Shown piece after piece: positions 18,348-28,545 of a stretch of DNA of 64,000 bases. The notes under the pieces are model-generated. The model was not told the DNA's origin. It saw only the letters and a program-made list of their open reading frames with translations, and made no database searches. A program made the translations under genes and the position numbers. Positions within the stretch are counted from its first letter, which is position 1; each line of letters starts with the position of its first letter. Origin of the DNA: an uncultured bacterium (lineage in GTDB: Bacteria > Patescibacteriota > Minisyncoccia > Phycocordibacterales > CAIZLB01); assembly GCA_903936565.1 (NCBI GenBank), contig CAIZVZ010000001.1, forward strand, positions 95,905-159,904, given 5' to 3'.

Positions 18348-19514
18348 TTATGGCAGACTACCCCAGAGCAGCTTAGCGCTACTTACAGGCACTCTACCAG
18401 TTAGAGCCGTCATTACAATGACGTACCTGAATAGATTCATCCAGAGTTGACTACCTTTTCGAACAGGATGGACATGGTTTGTGTTAATCACTACGCCGAT
18501 TTCTAATTTCGGAAAAGCAAAGACACTAGTCCCAGTAAACCCGTTCTTGAAGTAGGCACCAGCAAGTAAATCTGGATCCATACCACAGAGGTCATCCTTC
18601 ATGTTACCCAAGTTTCTAGAAAAAACTGGCCACTGTCCGAAGCCAAACCCGAAGCCGTTATCCCCTTGTTTAAATTGATTTTTCCCGATTCCTCGGATCA
18701 ATTCAGGATCAATAATCTGCTGTGTTCCAGTCCCGCCATCGTTGAGCAGAAAATGGAGCATTCGCAGTAAATCAATCGTATTTACAAAGAGTCCGGCTGA
18801 ACCTGGTAATGCAAGGGCTGCAGTCAATTCATCGTGAACCACGCCACAGCGCGGTTGTTGTGTTAGTGGGTCAATCTCCGTCTCAACCACCAGAAACTTA
18901 TCGTTCGGCGGATTAAAGGTTGCTGAGTTCATACCCAAGGGATTAAAGAGTATTTCCTGGGATAATTCTTGGATTGTTTTACCCGTCACCCGCTCAAGAA
19001 TTAACGCAAGCAGAATTGGAGGATAATTTCCATATGACAGTGTCGGCATAACCTCTACGCCGGCAGACAATATTTCATTCAACAACCAAGCGGAATCTCC
19101 ATACTCAGTATAAGGTGGTGTGATATGACCAAGCTCGAACTTGCATCCGTAAGTCAGCAAATGCCTGATTGTCAATCGCCGTCCGTGCTTAACTCGAAGA
19201 CTCGGGAAGTAGCGGCACACATCATCGTCCAACTTGATAAGACGCTGAGTAACCGCCCAAAGCACGAGAAGAGCAATCGGGATGGCTTTTGTAACAGATG
19301 CAACGTCGAAAAGTGATTTCGGCGTGGCTTCGACATTTGATCCTTCACCTACGGTAGAATGTGTACCAGCAGAGAATGCAATCATGGCACCTCTCCTAAT
19401 AACTCCACAAACGGCGCAGCTGAATTTGTTTTCCCTAACGCGTCCTTGACTGAGCAGTAGAGGTAAAAACGAATCAACCCCAGTCATACAACTAACATTT
19501 CGTAACGTATTCAT
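18348..19514 (-). CDS. Serine hydrolase of the beta-lactamase/transpeptidase fold (PF00144-like)
   Basis: 388 aa with the SxxK active-site motif ASVTKAIP and a YGN (Y-x-N) motif. The gene is GC-richer than its neighbours. Confidence 0.7.
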   Translation of the reverse strand: MNTLRNVSCMTGVDSFLPLLLSQGRVRENKFSCAVCGVIRRGAMIAFSAGTHSTVGEGSNVEATPKSLFDVASVTKAIPIALLVLWAVTQRLIKLDDDVCRYFPSLRVKHGRRLTIRHLLTYGCKFELGHITPPYTEYGDSAWLLNEILSAGVEVMPTLSYGNYPPILLALILERVTGKTIQELSQEILFNPLGMNSATFNPPNDKFLVVETEIDPLTQQPRCGVVHDELTAALALPGSAGLFVNTIDLLRMLHFLLNDGGTGTQQIIDPELIRGIGKNQFKQGDNGFGFGFGQWPVFSRNLGNMKDDLCGMDPDLLAGAYFKNGFTGTSVFAFPKLEIGVVINTNHVHPVRKGSQLWMNLFRYVIVMTALTGRVPVSSAKLLWGSLP

Positions 19515-19712
19515 GATTCATGGATTCTATTTTGTTTGGTTTTTTTGTTCTTTTTGTTTAAATCTATTTTGGGCACCTTGCCTTAACAGACACTACAAGC
19601 GTCTACATTTTTTATATCATATATGATATATTTTTTCAATAATAATATCCACATACATTCTATGATGCATGTGGATATTATTTAAATATTATTAATAAAT
19701 AATCGATGTGCC

Positions 19713-20474
19713 TTACACAATTAATCCATCACTCATCTTAATGACCCTATCCGTGAAGCTTCCATATTCTTCCTCGTGAGTGACCATTACAATTGTTTGT
19801 CCTTTCTTATGTAGCTTCTTGAAAATCTGCATCACCATTTCGGATGATTCATTATCTAGGTTAGCAGTCGGCTCATCAGCAAACAAAATTGTCGGTGAGT
19901 GAGCAATTGCACGTGCGATAGAAACTCTTTGTTGTTCTCCACCCGAGAGCTTGGCTGGTAAATTATTAAATTTAGTTTCAAGTCCAACTTCTGTCAATTG
20001 TTCTTGTGCAATTTTATATGCATCCTCTTTGTCATACCCTTGCATAATCAAAGGAACAGCAACATTCTCTCCGGCAGTTAAATCAGGTAGTAACGCATAG
20101 TCTTGAAAAACGTAACCTAATTTATGCAATCTAAACTTCACCCGATCCTCGCTTGATAAATCGTGGGCATCTAGTCCATCAATAATAATTTCTCCAGACG
20201 TCGGATGATCCAGTAAACTTATTTGATAAAGTAATGTACTTTTTCCTGCCCCAGAACGACCCATAATTGAGATAAATTCTCCGCTTTTTATATTCAGATC
20301 GACACCCTTAAGAACGGTTGTTTCCTTCAATCCGTCGACGAAGCTCTTTTTCAAACCTTTTGTACTAATTATATAATCCCCAGTTTTTGTAATTTTTTTC
20401 TTCCAAGAATCACCAATAAGAATACTAGTTTCAGCTCCATCACTATTCGAATTGTTATGTTTTTTCTTATTCAT
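19713..20474 (-). CDS. ABC transporter ATP-binding protein (MacB/LolD-type)
   Basis: It has Walker A GRSGAGKST, the signature LSGGEQQRVSIARA and Walker B ILFADEPT. Confidence 0.9.
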   Translation of the reverse strand: MNKKKHNNSNSDGAETSILIGDSWKKKITKTGDYIISTKGLKKSFVDGLKETTVLKGVDLNIKSGEFISIMGRSGAGKSTLLYQISLLDHPTSGEIIIDGLDAHDLSSEDRVKFRLHKLGYVFQDYALLPDLTAGENVAVPLIMQGYDKEDAYKIAQEQLTEVGLETKFNNLPAKLSGGEQQRVSIARAIAHSPTILFADEPTANLDNESSEMVMQIFKKLHKKGQTIVMVTHEEEYGSFTDRVIKMSDGLIV

Positions 20475-20478
20475 ATTT

Positions 20479-21753
20479 TTATCTTCCTAATATAGAATCT
20501 AATGTATTCTTTTTAACAATTATCCTTGCGGGAATATATCCAGCAATCACAGTTGTAACCATTAACACAATAGCCCTTACAAGAGTGCCTGAAAGCGGCG
20601 CATAAATTATACCGTCACTAAATGGGAAGTTAATCGGGTGAGCATCCACAAACGGAACCAGAAATCCATACAAAATTGCAAAACCAATTATAGATCCAGC
20701 TAAAGCATAGAAAATAGATTGAAGAACGTAGGAAATCTCAATTGACTTAGAATCAATTCCAATCCCTTTCAAGATTCCGATAAACTTTTTTCGAGTAATT
20801 GCGTTAACGAAAATCACAATGAAAATTGTAATCGAAGCCACGGCAATACCAATTGAGCCAATTAAGTTTCCAAGAAGCGCAAAAGTTGATATAAGATCAC
20901 CTAAAAATTTTGGCTGTGCCTCCAACCACGTTTGAATCTTTGCACCTTCATCGAAGTTATTATTAAACAAGACTCTTTGAACATTTGCAGCATCCACTAA
21001 AGTTGAACCAGACTTTAATTTTACAAATATTTCATCGGCATTTACATTGTTTTTTCCAATCAGCTTTTTAGCCTCACTCTCAATCATAAAAATTCTAAAG
21101 TCATTTGTATCAACCTTTGTTTTTATAACACCCCGCAATATTACTTCTTTAGAATTCTTTCCAACTGTAATTTTCAGTCTATCCCCAATTTTGATATCCT
21201 TAAGTGTCTGAAAACCAGCAGATTCCACCGGGGTATATTTATAAAGAAGAGTTGCACCAAGGATTATTCCATCAGCATCATTGTCTTGAAGATAACTTCC
21301 TTCAACAATATATTTTGAAAGACCATTTATTTTATCTTCATTAAGAGGATCAATACCAGCTATTGTTCCACCAACTCTGTTTGGGGCCTGATCTTGTCTT
21401 AATTTCTTCCTATAATCAGCATTTATTGAACCTGTCCCAGTATATCTAGTTGCTACATGCTCAACTTGAGATAATCCACTTAAAACATTTAAAATATCTT
21501 CCGTTCTTTCAATCTCAGTCTTTTGAGTAAGTTTAGTAATCGCAATATCTCCCGTTCCCCTGTCTCTGTGTGCCTCAACAGAACCTTGAATTAAACCAAC
21601 AAGAACTCCATTTACAACGACCAAGTTTAAGAATGTAAGTGCCATCACAGCTACAATTAAAATTGTAGTCCAAAGATTGGCGCGCTTAATCTGCCTATAT
21701 GCTAGGAAAAAACCAACTCGCCAGATATTAATATTTTTCTTTGTTGGAAGCAT
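20479..21753 (-). CDS. ABC transporter permease, FtsX/MacB-like (4 TM helices plus a large periplasmic domain)
   Basis: 424 aa. An N-terminal TM helix is followed by a large extracytoplasmic domain and then three C-terminal TM helices. It is adjacent to the ABC ATPase gene. Confidence 0.8.
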   Translation of the reverse strand: MLPTKKNINIWRVGFFLAYRQIKRANLWTTILIVAVMALTFLNLVVVNGVLVGLIQGSVEAHRDRGTGDIAITKLTQKTEIERTEDILNVLSGLSQVEHVATRYTGTGSINADYRKKLRQDQAPNRVGGTIAGIDPLNEDKINGLSKYIVEGSYLQDNDADGIILGATLLYKYTPVESAGFQTLKDIKIGDRLKITVGKNSKEVILRGVIKTKVDTNDFRIFMIESEAKKLIGKNNVNADEIFVKLKSGSTLVDAANVQRVLFNNNFDEGAKIQTWLEAQPKFLGDLISTFALLGNLIGSIGIAVASITIFIVIFVNAITRKKFIGILKGIGIDSKSIEISYVLQSIFYALAGSIIGFAILYGFLVPFVDAHPINFPFSDGIIYAPLSGTLVRAIVLMVTTVIAGYIPARIIVKKNTLDSILGR

Positions 21754-21769
21754 TCTATTTGATGTCTTT

Positions 21770-23317
21770 TTATTTATTCTTTACCACGATTTTCTCCCCC
21801 GACACCAACCCAGAAATAATTTCAATTTCCCCATTGGCATTTAGTCCACCAGTCTCAACTTTCTTATTGATTCTATTTCCACCTTGATCAACTGTTACCA
21901 TTTTTTCTCCAGCATTTAGAAACAGTGCCTCTTGTGGTATCACAAAAGTAGAAGGTTTATTTGAAGTCTCAATTGTAATATTTGAAGTCATTCCAGATTT
22001 AATTCGCTCATCCGATTGATTGAATGATAATTTAATCTTGTAAGTTGTAACACCATCTACTACCGTCTCTGCTGGATCAACTTCATATACGACAGCGGGG
22101 AAAATCACATCCTTACCATAAGTATCAAGAGTAATTCTTGCAGGCTGACCAACTTTTACCTTTGCAATATCAGATTCAGAAACATAACTTTCAACTTCAA
22201 AGTTTGCAGCACTTATCATGGATACATAAGTAGATCCAAGATTTACACTCTCACCCTCTTTAGCATCCATTTTTGTAACGATTCCATCAAATGGTGCGAC
22301 AATCAAAGTTTTAGCAAGAATTGCTTGAGCTGATTGAAGCTGAGCTTGAGCTGCCTTAATCTCATCTGAAGTAGATCCCGCTTTCTTTAGTGCCAATTGT
22401 TGCTTTGCACGCTCAAGTCCTGATTTACTTACGTTATATCCTTGCTCCGCAGTCGTTAATCCCAAGGAAACAGCGTTAACCGTGGTCCTTGCTGAAGAAA
22501 TACTATTTTTATACCCATCAATAGTCAATTGACTGACCCCCGTATTCACTTGCACCGATGAAGCAACCATCGACAAGTCATCTAGAAGTGATTTTACCAA
22601 ATTCAAAGTCTCTCTGGTTTGACTAACATAATCACTAGTCAAACTTGAAGCAGACAATGCCGAAATTTTAGAAGATAGTGTGCTTAAATTTTCACCAACC
22701 TTAACTCTCTTTGCACCTATAGAAATTTTTAAATTGAAATAATCATCACGACCATTATTAAAGACAATAACCTCAGGATTTACAGTTCTAGGATTTGTAA
22801 ATAATTGATCAGCTTTTGTTTTGATTGCATCATCAGTTACGGAATAAACTTCTTTTATTTTATCAATCAAAGCTTGGGTGTTTTGATCCAATGTAGATTG
22901 CGCAGATTGAACATCTGATTCGGCAATAGAAATATCTTCCTTACGAGCTCCATTTGCGATATCGCTCAAATTAGCTTGGCGTTGTAAAACTGTTCCATAA
23001 GCATCACCGTTTGCTAGAGAAACCAGAAGATCACCTTTTTTAACTTGCTGGCCCACCTTAGCATTCACATTAGAAACTCTACCGACCGCCTCAAAACCCA
23101 TATCAACATTATTAGCCGCCTGCACCTTACCAGTCACAGAGACCTCTTGGACAAAAGTAGATGGCGCAAGTGTAATTATGGTTTCCGTAGAAGAATTTGA
23201 AGAAAAGGACTTATATAGAACAATTATAAGAATAATTGCAATTAAAGGAATATACACTTTCTTTAATTTCAAGACAGACCAAAATCTGTTAAAAAACTTT
23301 TTCATATTTATTTTCAT
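21770..23317 (-). CDS. HlyD-family periplasmic adaptor (membrane fusion protein, MacA-like)
   Basis: 515 aa. It has an N-terminal TM helix, biotinyl/lipoyl-like half motifs, a long coiled-coil with Q/A-rich heptads and a beta-barrel C-terminus. It is upstream of the FtsX-like permease and the ABC ATPase. Confidence 0.7.
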   Translation of the reverse strand: MKINMKKFFNRFWSVLKLKKVYIPLIAIILIIVLYKSFSSNSSTETIITLAPSTFVQEVSVTGKVQAANNVDMGFEAVGRVSNVNAKVGQQVKKGDLLVSLANGDAYGTVLQRQANLSDIANGARKEDISIAESDVQSAQSTLDQNTQALIDKIKEVYSVTDDAIKTKADQLFTNPRTVNPEVIVFNNGRDDYFNLKISIGAKRVKVGENLSTLSSKISALSASSLTSDYVSQTRETLNLVKSLLDDLSMVASSVQVNTGVSQLTIDGYKNSISSARTTVNAVSLGLTTAEQGYNVSKSGLERAKQQLALKKAGSTSDEIKAAQAQLQSAQAILAKTLIVAPFDGIVTKMDAKEGESVNLGSTYVSMISAANFEVESYVSESDIAKVKVGQPARITLDTYGKDVIFPAVVYEVDPAETVVDGVTTYKIKLSFNQSDERIKSGMTSNITIETSNKPSTFVIPQEALFLNAGEKMVTVDQGGNRINKKVETGGLNANGEIEIISGLVSGEKIVVKNK

Positions 23318-23415
23318 ACTTGTATTTATTATAGCATATTTTTTGGAAAGTATTCAAAACAAAAATTGGCTATCAGTAATTCCTCAGGTTATGTAAATAA
23401 AATTAAAAATTGCAA

Positions 23416-23460
23416 AAAGAAAAAGCCCCCGCACGAGTGTGGGTCACAGCGCGTGCGGTG
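23416..23460 (-). terminator. Minus-strand intrinsic terminator (CCGCACG ... CGTGCGG followed by GGGCTTTTTCTTTTT in the minus sense)
   Basis: Hairpin followed by a U-tract 85 nt downstream of the 23545 ORF stop. Confidence 0.45.
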
Positions 23461-23544
23461 ACTTTTTCTCGGCGGGGACAACTTATTCCTTCTCAGCCCC
23501 TTGCATGTGTCATGTGTCTCGGTCCATTTCAGGTACTCGACATA

Positions 23545-23922
23545 TCAATCCTTCCTGCCGGAGCACGCGACGTAAATCGCGACAAAAACGACAAGGCCGA
23601 TGATAGCAAAGTTCCCGTACCCGCGAAATCGCTCCATGGTATAGTAGGAACTTCTGGTATTCACGAGGCCTTGGCAGGCCTCCAAATACAGTTTCTTTTG
23701 GGACAACGGGAGTTCTGTCTCATCTACAGTGTTTAGGAATTCCCACTGTTGATTCAAGAATCCCGGCCCGGCATCCAGTTCGGACCTAACCTGGCGAGAG
23801 GTCCAAATTAATGTGAGCAGGATCAGCACGAGGGCTGTCTTAGTGAACAGTCTTATCATTTTCATTCGTAGTAACGGTTGGTTGTTTCGATATGCAGCCC
23901 AGTTTATGACTACATCTTTCAA
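23545..23922 (-). CDS. Hypothetical small membrane protein (two TM helices), GC-rich
   Basis: 125 aa with two clear hydrophobic helices. Its composition is atypical for the window. Confidence 0.35.
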   Translation of the reverse strand: MKDVVINWAAYRNNQPLLRMKMIRLFTKTALVLILLTLIWTSRQVRSELDAGPGFLNQQWEFLNTVDETELPLSQKKLYLEACQGLVNTRSSYYTMERFRGYGNFAIIGLVVFVAIYVACSGRKD

Positions 23923-24094
23923 GATATATTAAGTACTCTATATCCTCAAAGATGCAGTCAAATAACGACATTTTGCAAGGTCCAATTACTGGCATGAATA
24001 TACCACCCTTATATTAATCCGTCAATCACATGTAATTATTTATCTAAATATGATTGCCTTAATATAAAATCCGTGGTTAAATGAACCCTCAATT

Positions 24095-25885
24095 ATGCAA
24101 ATACGAAACATCGCGATTATCGCCCACGTTGACCACGGTAAAACAACCATCGTTGACGCCATTATGAAATACACAGGAGCTGTCAAAGATGCAGTTTCTA
24201 TGGACTCTAACGCCATTGAACTTGAGCGTGGTATTACTATATATGCCAAAAACGCTTCATTTGAGTACAAAGGAACAAAGGTCAATGTTATCGACACCCC
24301 AGGTCACGCCGACTTTGGATCAGAGGTGGAGCGTGTTCTTCGTTCAATTGACTGTGTGCTTTTGATCGTAGATGCCCAAGAGGGTCCAATGCCCCAAACT
24401 CGTTTCGTTCTTAAAAAGTCTCTAGAGCTTGGACTTAAGCCAATTGTTGTTCTTAATAAGCTCGATAAGCCAGCGGCAAACCCAACTAGAGTACATGATG
24501 AAATACTAGAGCTTTTCATCGAACTTGGTGCTCAAGATCATCAATTAGACTTCCCTATGGTCTATTGTATCGGTCGTGAAGGAAAGGCAAAGCTAAGCTT
24601 GGACGAAGAATTCGTAAACCTAGATCCCCTACTAGACACCATCATTAAGGAAGTACCCCCAGCAAAGAGTGCACCAGAAGAAACTCTTGAGGCTCAACCT
24701 TTCAATCTTGCCTATGATAACTTCCTAGGAAGAATGGCCGTTACTCGTATTTGGACTGGAACTCTTAAGATGGGTCAAACTCTATTTATTAAAAAAGATA
24801 CAGGAGAAACAAGAACTGGTAGAATCACAAAGCTTTTCACTTTTGACGGTCTTTCAAGAAAAGAAGTTAAGGAGGCATATTCAGGAGATGTTGTGATGAT
24901 CGCAGGTCTTTCTGACATTTTTATCGGAGAAACAATAACCGACAAGGAAGATACAGAACCTCTACCTTCTATTAAAATTGACGAGCCAACAATCTCACTT
25001 GGTTTTCTTGTTAATGATTCACCATTTGCAGGACGTGAGGGTAAATATGTTACAGGACGTCAAATTAGAGACAGATTAGAAAAGGAACTTGAAGTTAACG
25101 TTGGTCTTCATGTTGATTTTGATCAAGCTGATGTTCTTAAGGTTTATGGACGTGGAGAACTTCACATCGCCGTTTTACTTGAACAAATGCGTCGCGAAGG
25201 ATACGAGCTACAAGTTTCTCAACCTGAAGTTATTATAAAAGAAGTTGACGGAGAAAAATGTGAACCTTTTGAGGAGGTTGTTATAGATACACCGAGTGAA
25301 TTCTCAGGTGCTGTAATTGACAAGCTTGGAAGAAGGAAAGGAATCATGACCTCAATGAAGGATCATGGAGGCATCACAAGAATGACTTTCGATATCCCCA
25401 CTCGCGGTCTTCTTGGGTACAGAAGTCAATTCGTTATCGATACAAGAGGTGAAGGAATCATGTCATCAAGATTTGAAGACTTCAGACCTCACGTTGGCAC
25501 AATTGAGAAAAGAGCTGTTGGTTCTATGATTTCAATGGAAAGTGGAAAAGTACTTCACTTTGCACTTGGTAACCTGCAAGACAGGGGAACACTTTATGTT
25601 GCACCAGGAACTGAAGTTTATGCTGGAATGGTTATTGGAAACACTTCAAAGGGAGAAGAAATGGAAGTTAACCCAACCAAAGGAAAGCAACTTACAAACA
25701 TGCGTGCTTCAGGAACTGATGAGACAATTTATCTTGCCCCAGCACTTGAGGTTACAATCGAGCGTGGACTTGAAATAATGTGTGAGGATGAATATCTAGA
25801 AATCACACCAACTTCAGCAAGACTACGTAAGAAGTATTTAACAAAGACAGGAAGAGAAAGGGCGGAGAAAGGGATTACGAAATAA
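24095..25885 (+). CDS. typA: Translational GTPase TypA/BipA
   Basis: It has the G1 motif AHVDHGKTT, DTPGHADF and NKLD. The domain architecture is EF-G-like and ends in a BipA-type C-terminus. Confidence 0.9.
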   Translation: MQIRNIAIIAHVDHGKTTIVDAIMKYTGAVKDAVSMDSNAIELERGITIYAKNASFEYKGTKVNVIDTPGHADFGSEVERVLRSIDCVLLIVDAQEGPMPQTRFVLKKSLELGLKPIVVLNKLDKPAANPTRVHDEILELFIELGAQDHQLDFPMVYCIGREGKAKLSLDEEFVNLDPLLDTIIKEVPPAKSAPEETLEAQPFNLAYDNFLGRMAVTRIWTGTLKMGQTLFIKKDTGETRTGRITKLFTFDGLSRKEVKEAYSGDVVMIAGLSDIFIGETITDKEDTEPLPSIKIDEPTISLGFLVNDSPFAGREGKYVTGRQIRDRLEKELEVNVGLHVDFDQADVLKVYGRGELHIAVLLEQMRREGYELQVSQPEVIIKEVDGEKCEPFEEVVIDTPSEFSGAVIDKLGRRKGIMTSMKDHGGITRMTFDIPTRGLLGYRSQFVIDTRGEGIMSSRFEDFRPHVGTIEKRAVGSMISMESGKVLHFALGNLQDRGTLYVAPGTEVYAGMVIGNTSKGEEMEVNPTKGKQLTNMRASGTDETIYLAPALEVTIERGLEIMCEDEYLEITPTSARLRKKYLTKTGRERAEKGITK

Positions 25886-25959
25886 TTTAATAGCAATTTG
25901 TAAAAAAAAACATTGAATTACAATTCGATGTTTTTTTATTTTAATTTTTCTATTATCTT

Positions 25960-26526
25960 TTGACAAAGCCACTCAATCATGTTATTATAGTTACAGATCA
26001 GATTTCAAATCAGAACTGGTCACAATTCACAATCAAACACGCACCAACTATACCAATGATTAAGTTAACACTGAGAGAAGTTTCCCCTTTTTACACCTTC
26101 CTCCGGTCAGCTCCGCGCAAATTAATTCGCAGAGACGAAACAGTAGCCTTAAGTGAAAGTGAAGTGTCAGGATATGTCACAAATGCAGGATTCCTTGCCA
26201 TAACACAACTGGAAGGTGTTCTAAAAAAACACCTTGGCGGGGAGGTTTTCTGGCAACTACACCATTCCCTGCACTTGTCTCTTCGCACCATAGACCAAAA
26301 TGATGATGGGGGCACCTATCACAATTGCTCCATAGACATAAAGGCTCCGGAAGATGGTTTTGCACAAACCTTTGACAGCCAACTTGATAGATTCTTAGCG
26401 GATGTAGATCTATACGTTATGCAGCCCTTGAAATTTATCGATGATTATAACGACAAGACACATCGTGCCAAGTTTATTTTATTCATAATTGTTGTCATCG
26501 CCTTTGGCTTGGCAATTTATTATTGA
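25960..26526 (+). CDS. Hypothetical tail-anchored membrane protein (188 aa)
   Basis: It has a single C-terminal TM helix (FILFIIVVIAFGLAIYY) and no recognisable domain. Confidence 0.45.
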   Translation: MTKPLNHVIIVTDQISNQNWSQFTIKHAPTIPMIKLTLREVSPFYTFLRSAPRKLIRRDETVALSESEVSGYVTNAGFLAITQLEGVLKKHLGGEVFWQLHHSLHLSLRTIDQNDDGGTYHNCSIDIKAPEDGFAQTFDSQLDRFLADVDLYVMQPLKFIDDYNDKTHRAKFILFIIVVIAFGLAIYY

Positions 26527-26635
26527 ATAACAACCTATCAAAAATTCCAACCTACCCCAGCCCCTAACCCCAGCAGAGAAACCCAAACTCTCTGCCGCGG
26601 GACGGGCGGGTTTTCTTTTACATAATTTTATCAAA

Positions 26636-26672
26636 CAAAAAACGCCACGTATTTCTACGGACGTTTTTTGTT
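26636..26672. terminator. Probable bidirectional terminator (an imperfect hairpin flanked by an A-run and a T-run) between two convergent genes
   Basis: AAAAAACGCC...GGACGTTTTTTG; the stem is imperfect. Confidence 0.4.
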
Positions 26673-26703
26673 ATTAGACGATTATTCTAAATCTAGCTAA
26701 AGA

Positions 26704-27051
26704 TTAGTAGTCTCTTCTAAAACCACGGTCTCCACCTCTGTCTCCACCGCGATCATTTCCTCTTCCACCAAAATCTCTTCTTGGTGCTCCCATAGGAGTA
26801 TCTGTCTTAGGACGAGCTCTGTTAACTACAAGATTTCTTCCTTCAAGATCTTGTTCGTTCCACATAGCGATAGCAGCGTCTGTTGCTTCATCGGTTGCCA
26901 TTGTGACAAATCCGAATCCACGTGAACGTCCACTCATCTTCTCTGTCATAACGATAGCGTCTACTACTTCTCCAGCCTTTGAAAACGCTGCTTTAAGACT
27001 TTCTGTTGTTGTTGTCCAAGCAAGGTTTCCGATATATAACTTTTTCTCCAT
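26704..27051 (-). CDS. RRM-type RNA-binding protein with a C-terminal Arg/Gly-rich tail
   Basis: It has the RNP-2 motif LYIGNL and the RNP-1 motif RGFGFVTM, plus RGGDRGGDRG repeats. The likely start is MEKK at 27051 (the longer ORF runs to 27111). Confidence 0.8.
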   Translation of the reverse strand: MEKKLYIGNLAWTTTTESLKAAFSKAGEVVDAIVMTEKMSGRSRGFGFVTMATDEATDAAIAMWNEQDLEGRNLVVNRARPKTDTPMGAPRRDFGGRGNDRGGDRGGDRGFRRDY

Positions 27052-27278
27052 TTTTGTGTGTGTTGCGTTACTTTTAATCGTCCATAGCCGACCTCCTTCC
27101 GCCAACCACACAGGAAACTCCGCTGGCCTATTGAGATACTACGAACTCTAACAGTATAACACATATACTAACAATAACAATGTAGCGAGCTTGATTTGAG
27201 CTGAAAGTTGTTGTTTATTAAAATTAGCCTGAAGGCCCTACTTTGAGGTACCCATTTCAGCTTGATTCGTATAGGTTT

Positions 27279-28019
27279 CTACAGATTCTTCAAAATCGGC
27301 AGCTTTAAAGCCAAATACTCCAAAAGCATCTTTTTGGAAGCTCCCCCATCGGCAAAATACTCTCTAACTGTAATTAGAGTCTTAAGCTCTTCTTTACTTA
27401 GATGTCTATTTAGCTTTGTTTTTTCAAGGCTTTTGAGAAGAATTTCTAGATCATGCAAAAACTGAAAGAGTTTCGACGAGTCATCCTCCCCTTCCTTTCC
27501 GGCATCTTCTGCCATCTTTTTTGCAATTTCCATTCGCTCGGCTAGTCCAGCGCCAAGGAAATGTTTTACAACCCCAACTGAGATTGTTGATTCGTCTATT
27601 GGACTACTTGCGAGATTAAACTTATCTAAAAACTCTGCCAAGCTATAAGTCTCGACTCTAGATTTAATTGTTGGCAACAACAACGAAACGGATGAAATCA
27701 TAATGAAAAAATATGTATTAGGAAATGGTTCCTCTAGTGTTTTTAGCAATGCATTCTGCGCTTGATGTCCCGCTCCGTTTATTTCAATTAAGGCAACTTT
27801 ATTCCCCCCGCCATTTTGTCCAAAAGATTTTTGCGAATTGAATGCAACTAATTTCCCTGCATCGTCCACACTTAATTGATTACTTTTTATATGTAAGAAG
27901 TTTGGTGATGAATGAGGATCTTTTTCAGTTTCCAAAACGTGAGAGATAAAATTCAAGATGACATTGAGGCCGTCATCAGAAACTTTTTCTATTATGTATG
28001 CGTGATGATTGAGTTTCAT
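27279..28019 (-). CDS. holB: DNA polymerase III delta-prime subunit-like (HolB, AAA+ clamp-loader subunit)
   Basis: It has a NALLKTLEEP sensor-1 region and an SRV motif in the SRC position. The P-loop is degenerate, as expected for delta-prime. Confidence 0.7.
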   Translation of the reverse strand: MKLNHHAYIIEKVSDDGLNVILNFISHVLETEKDPHSSPNFLHIKSNQLSVDDAGKLVAFNSQKSFGQNGGGNKVALIEINGAGHQAQNALLKTLEEPFPNTYFFIMISSVSLLLPTIKSRVETYSLAEFLDKFNLASSPIDESTISVGVVKHFLGAGLAERMEIAKKMAEDAGKEGEDDSSKLFQFLHDLEILLKSLEKTKLNRHLSKEELKTLITVREYFADGGASKKMLLEYLALKLPILKNL

Positions 28020-28020
28020 T

Positions 28021-28476
28021 TTATTTATTTTTTTCTATTACGGCAAACCGAATATGGGAATACCATCTACTATCAAAAAGGTGCATATGCAGATAATTTT
28101 TATCTCCATAGTTTCTTAAGATCAAAACATTCTTACCTCCCGTCTCTGGTCTAATCCACGGTTCATGGAGAAAAGCTATGGGAAATTTACATTGAACTTC
28201 AGGGTGTTTAATACCAAACCAAATAGCATCCTCCGCATCAGGTAATTTATAGCCAGCATTCTCAATTTCAGAGAGTATTTCGCTTGTTAATAAGTCTTTA
28301 TCAAAACCAACCAATCTAATATTAATAGTCTCTCCACTATTTGAAACTTTAAAGTCATCAGACACAACGAAAGCACTTGCATAACCTCCAAGCTCAATTT
28401 TGTCAGAATTCAAAAAAGCATTTAAATCCTCCGAATCACCTCTCGTTATTGTATATAAATCTGGTTCTATTATCAT
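28021..28476 (-). CDS. Hypothetical protein (151 aa)
   Basis: Clean ORF whose start abuts the holB stop; no recognisable motif. Confidence 0.45.
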   Translation of the reverse strand: MIIEPDLYTITRGDSEDLNAFLNSDKIELGGYASAFVVSDDFKVSNSGETINIRLVGFDKDLLTSEILSEIENAGYKLPDAEDAIWFGIKHPEVQCKFPIAFLHEPWIRPETGGKNVLILRNYGDKNYLHMHLFDSRWYSHIRFAVIEKNK

Positions 28477-28545
28477 ATTTTTATATTATCACACATCATT
28501 TGAATACGCGTTAATTCCTAGAGGCATGGTGTTTTAATTATATCA

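Noticed and set aside
24040-24297. 85-aa minus-strand ORF overlapping the typA start.
   Set aside because: It overlaps the conserved typA N-terminus and so is spurious.
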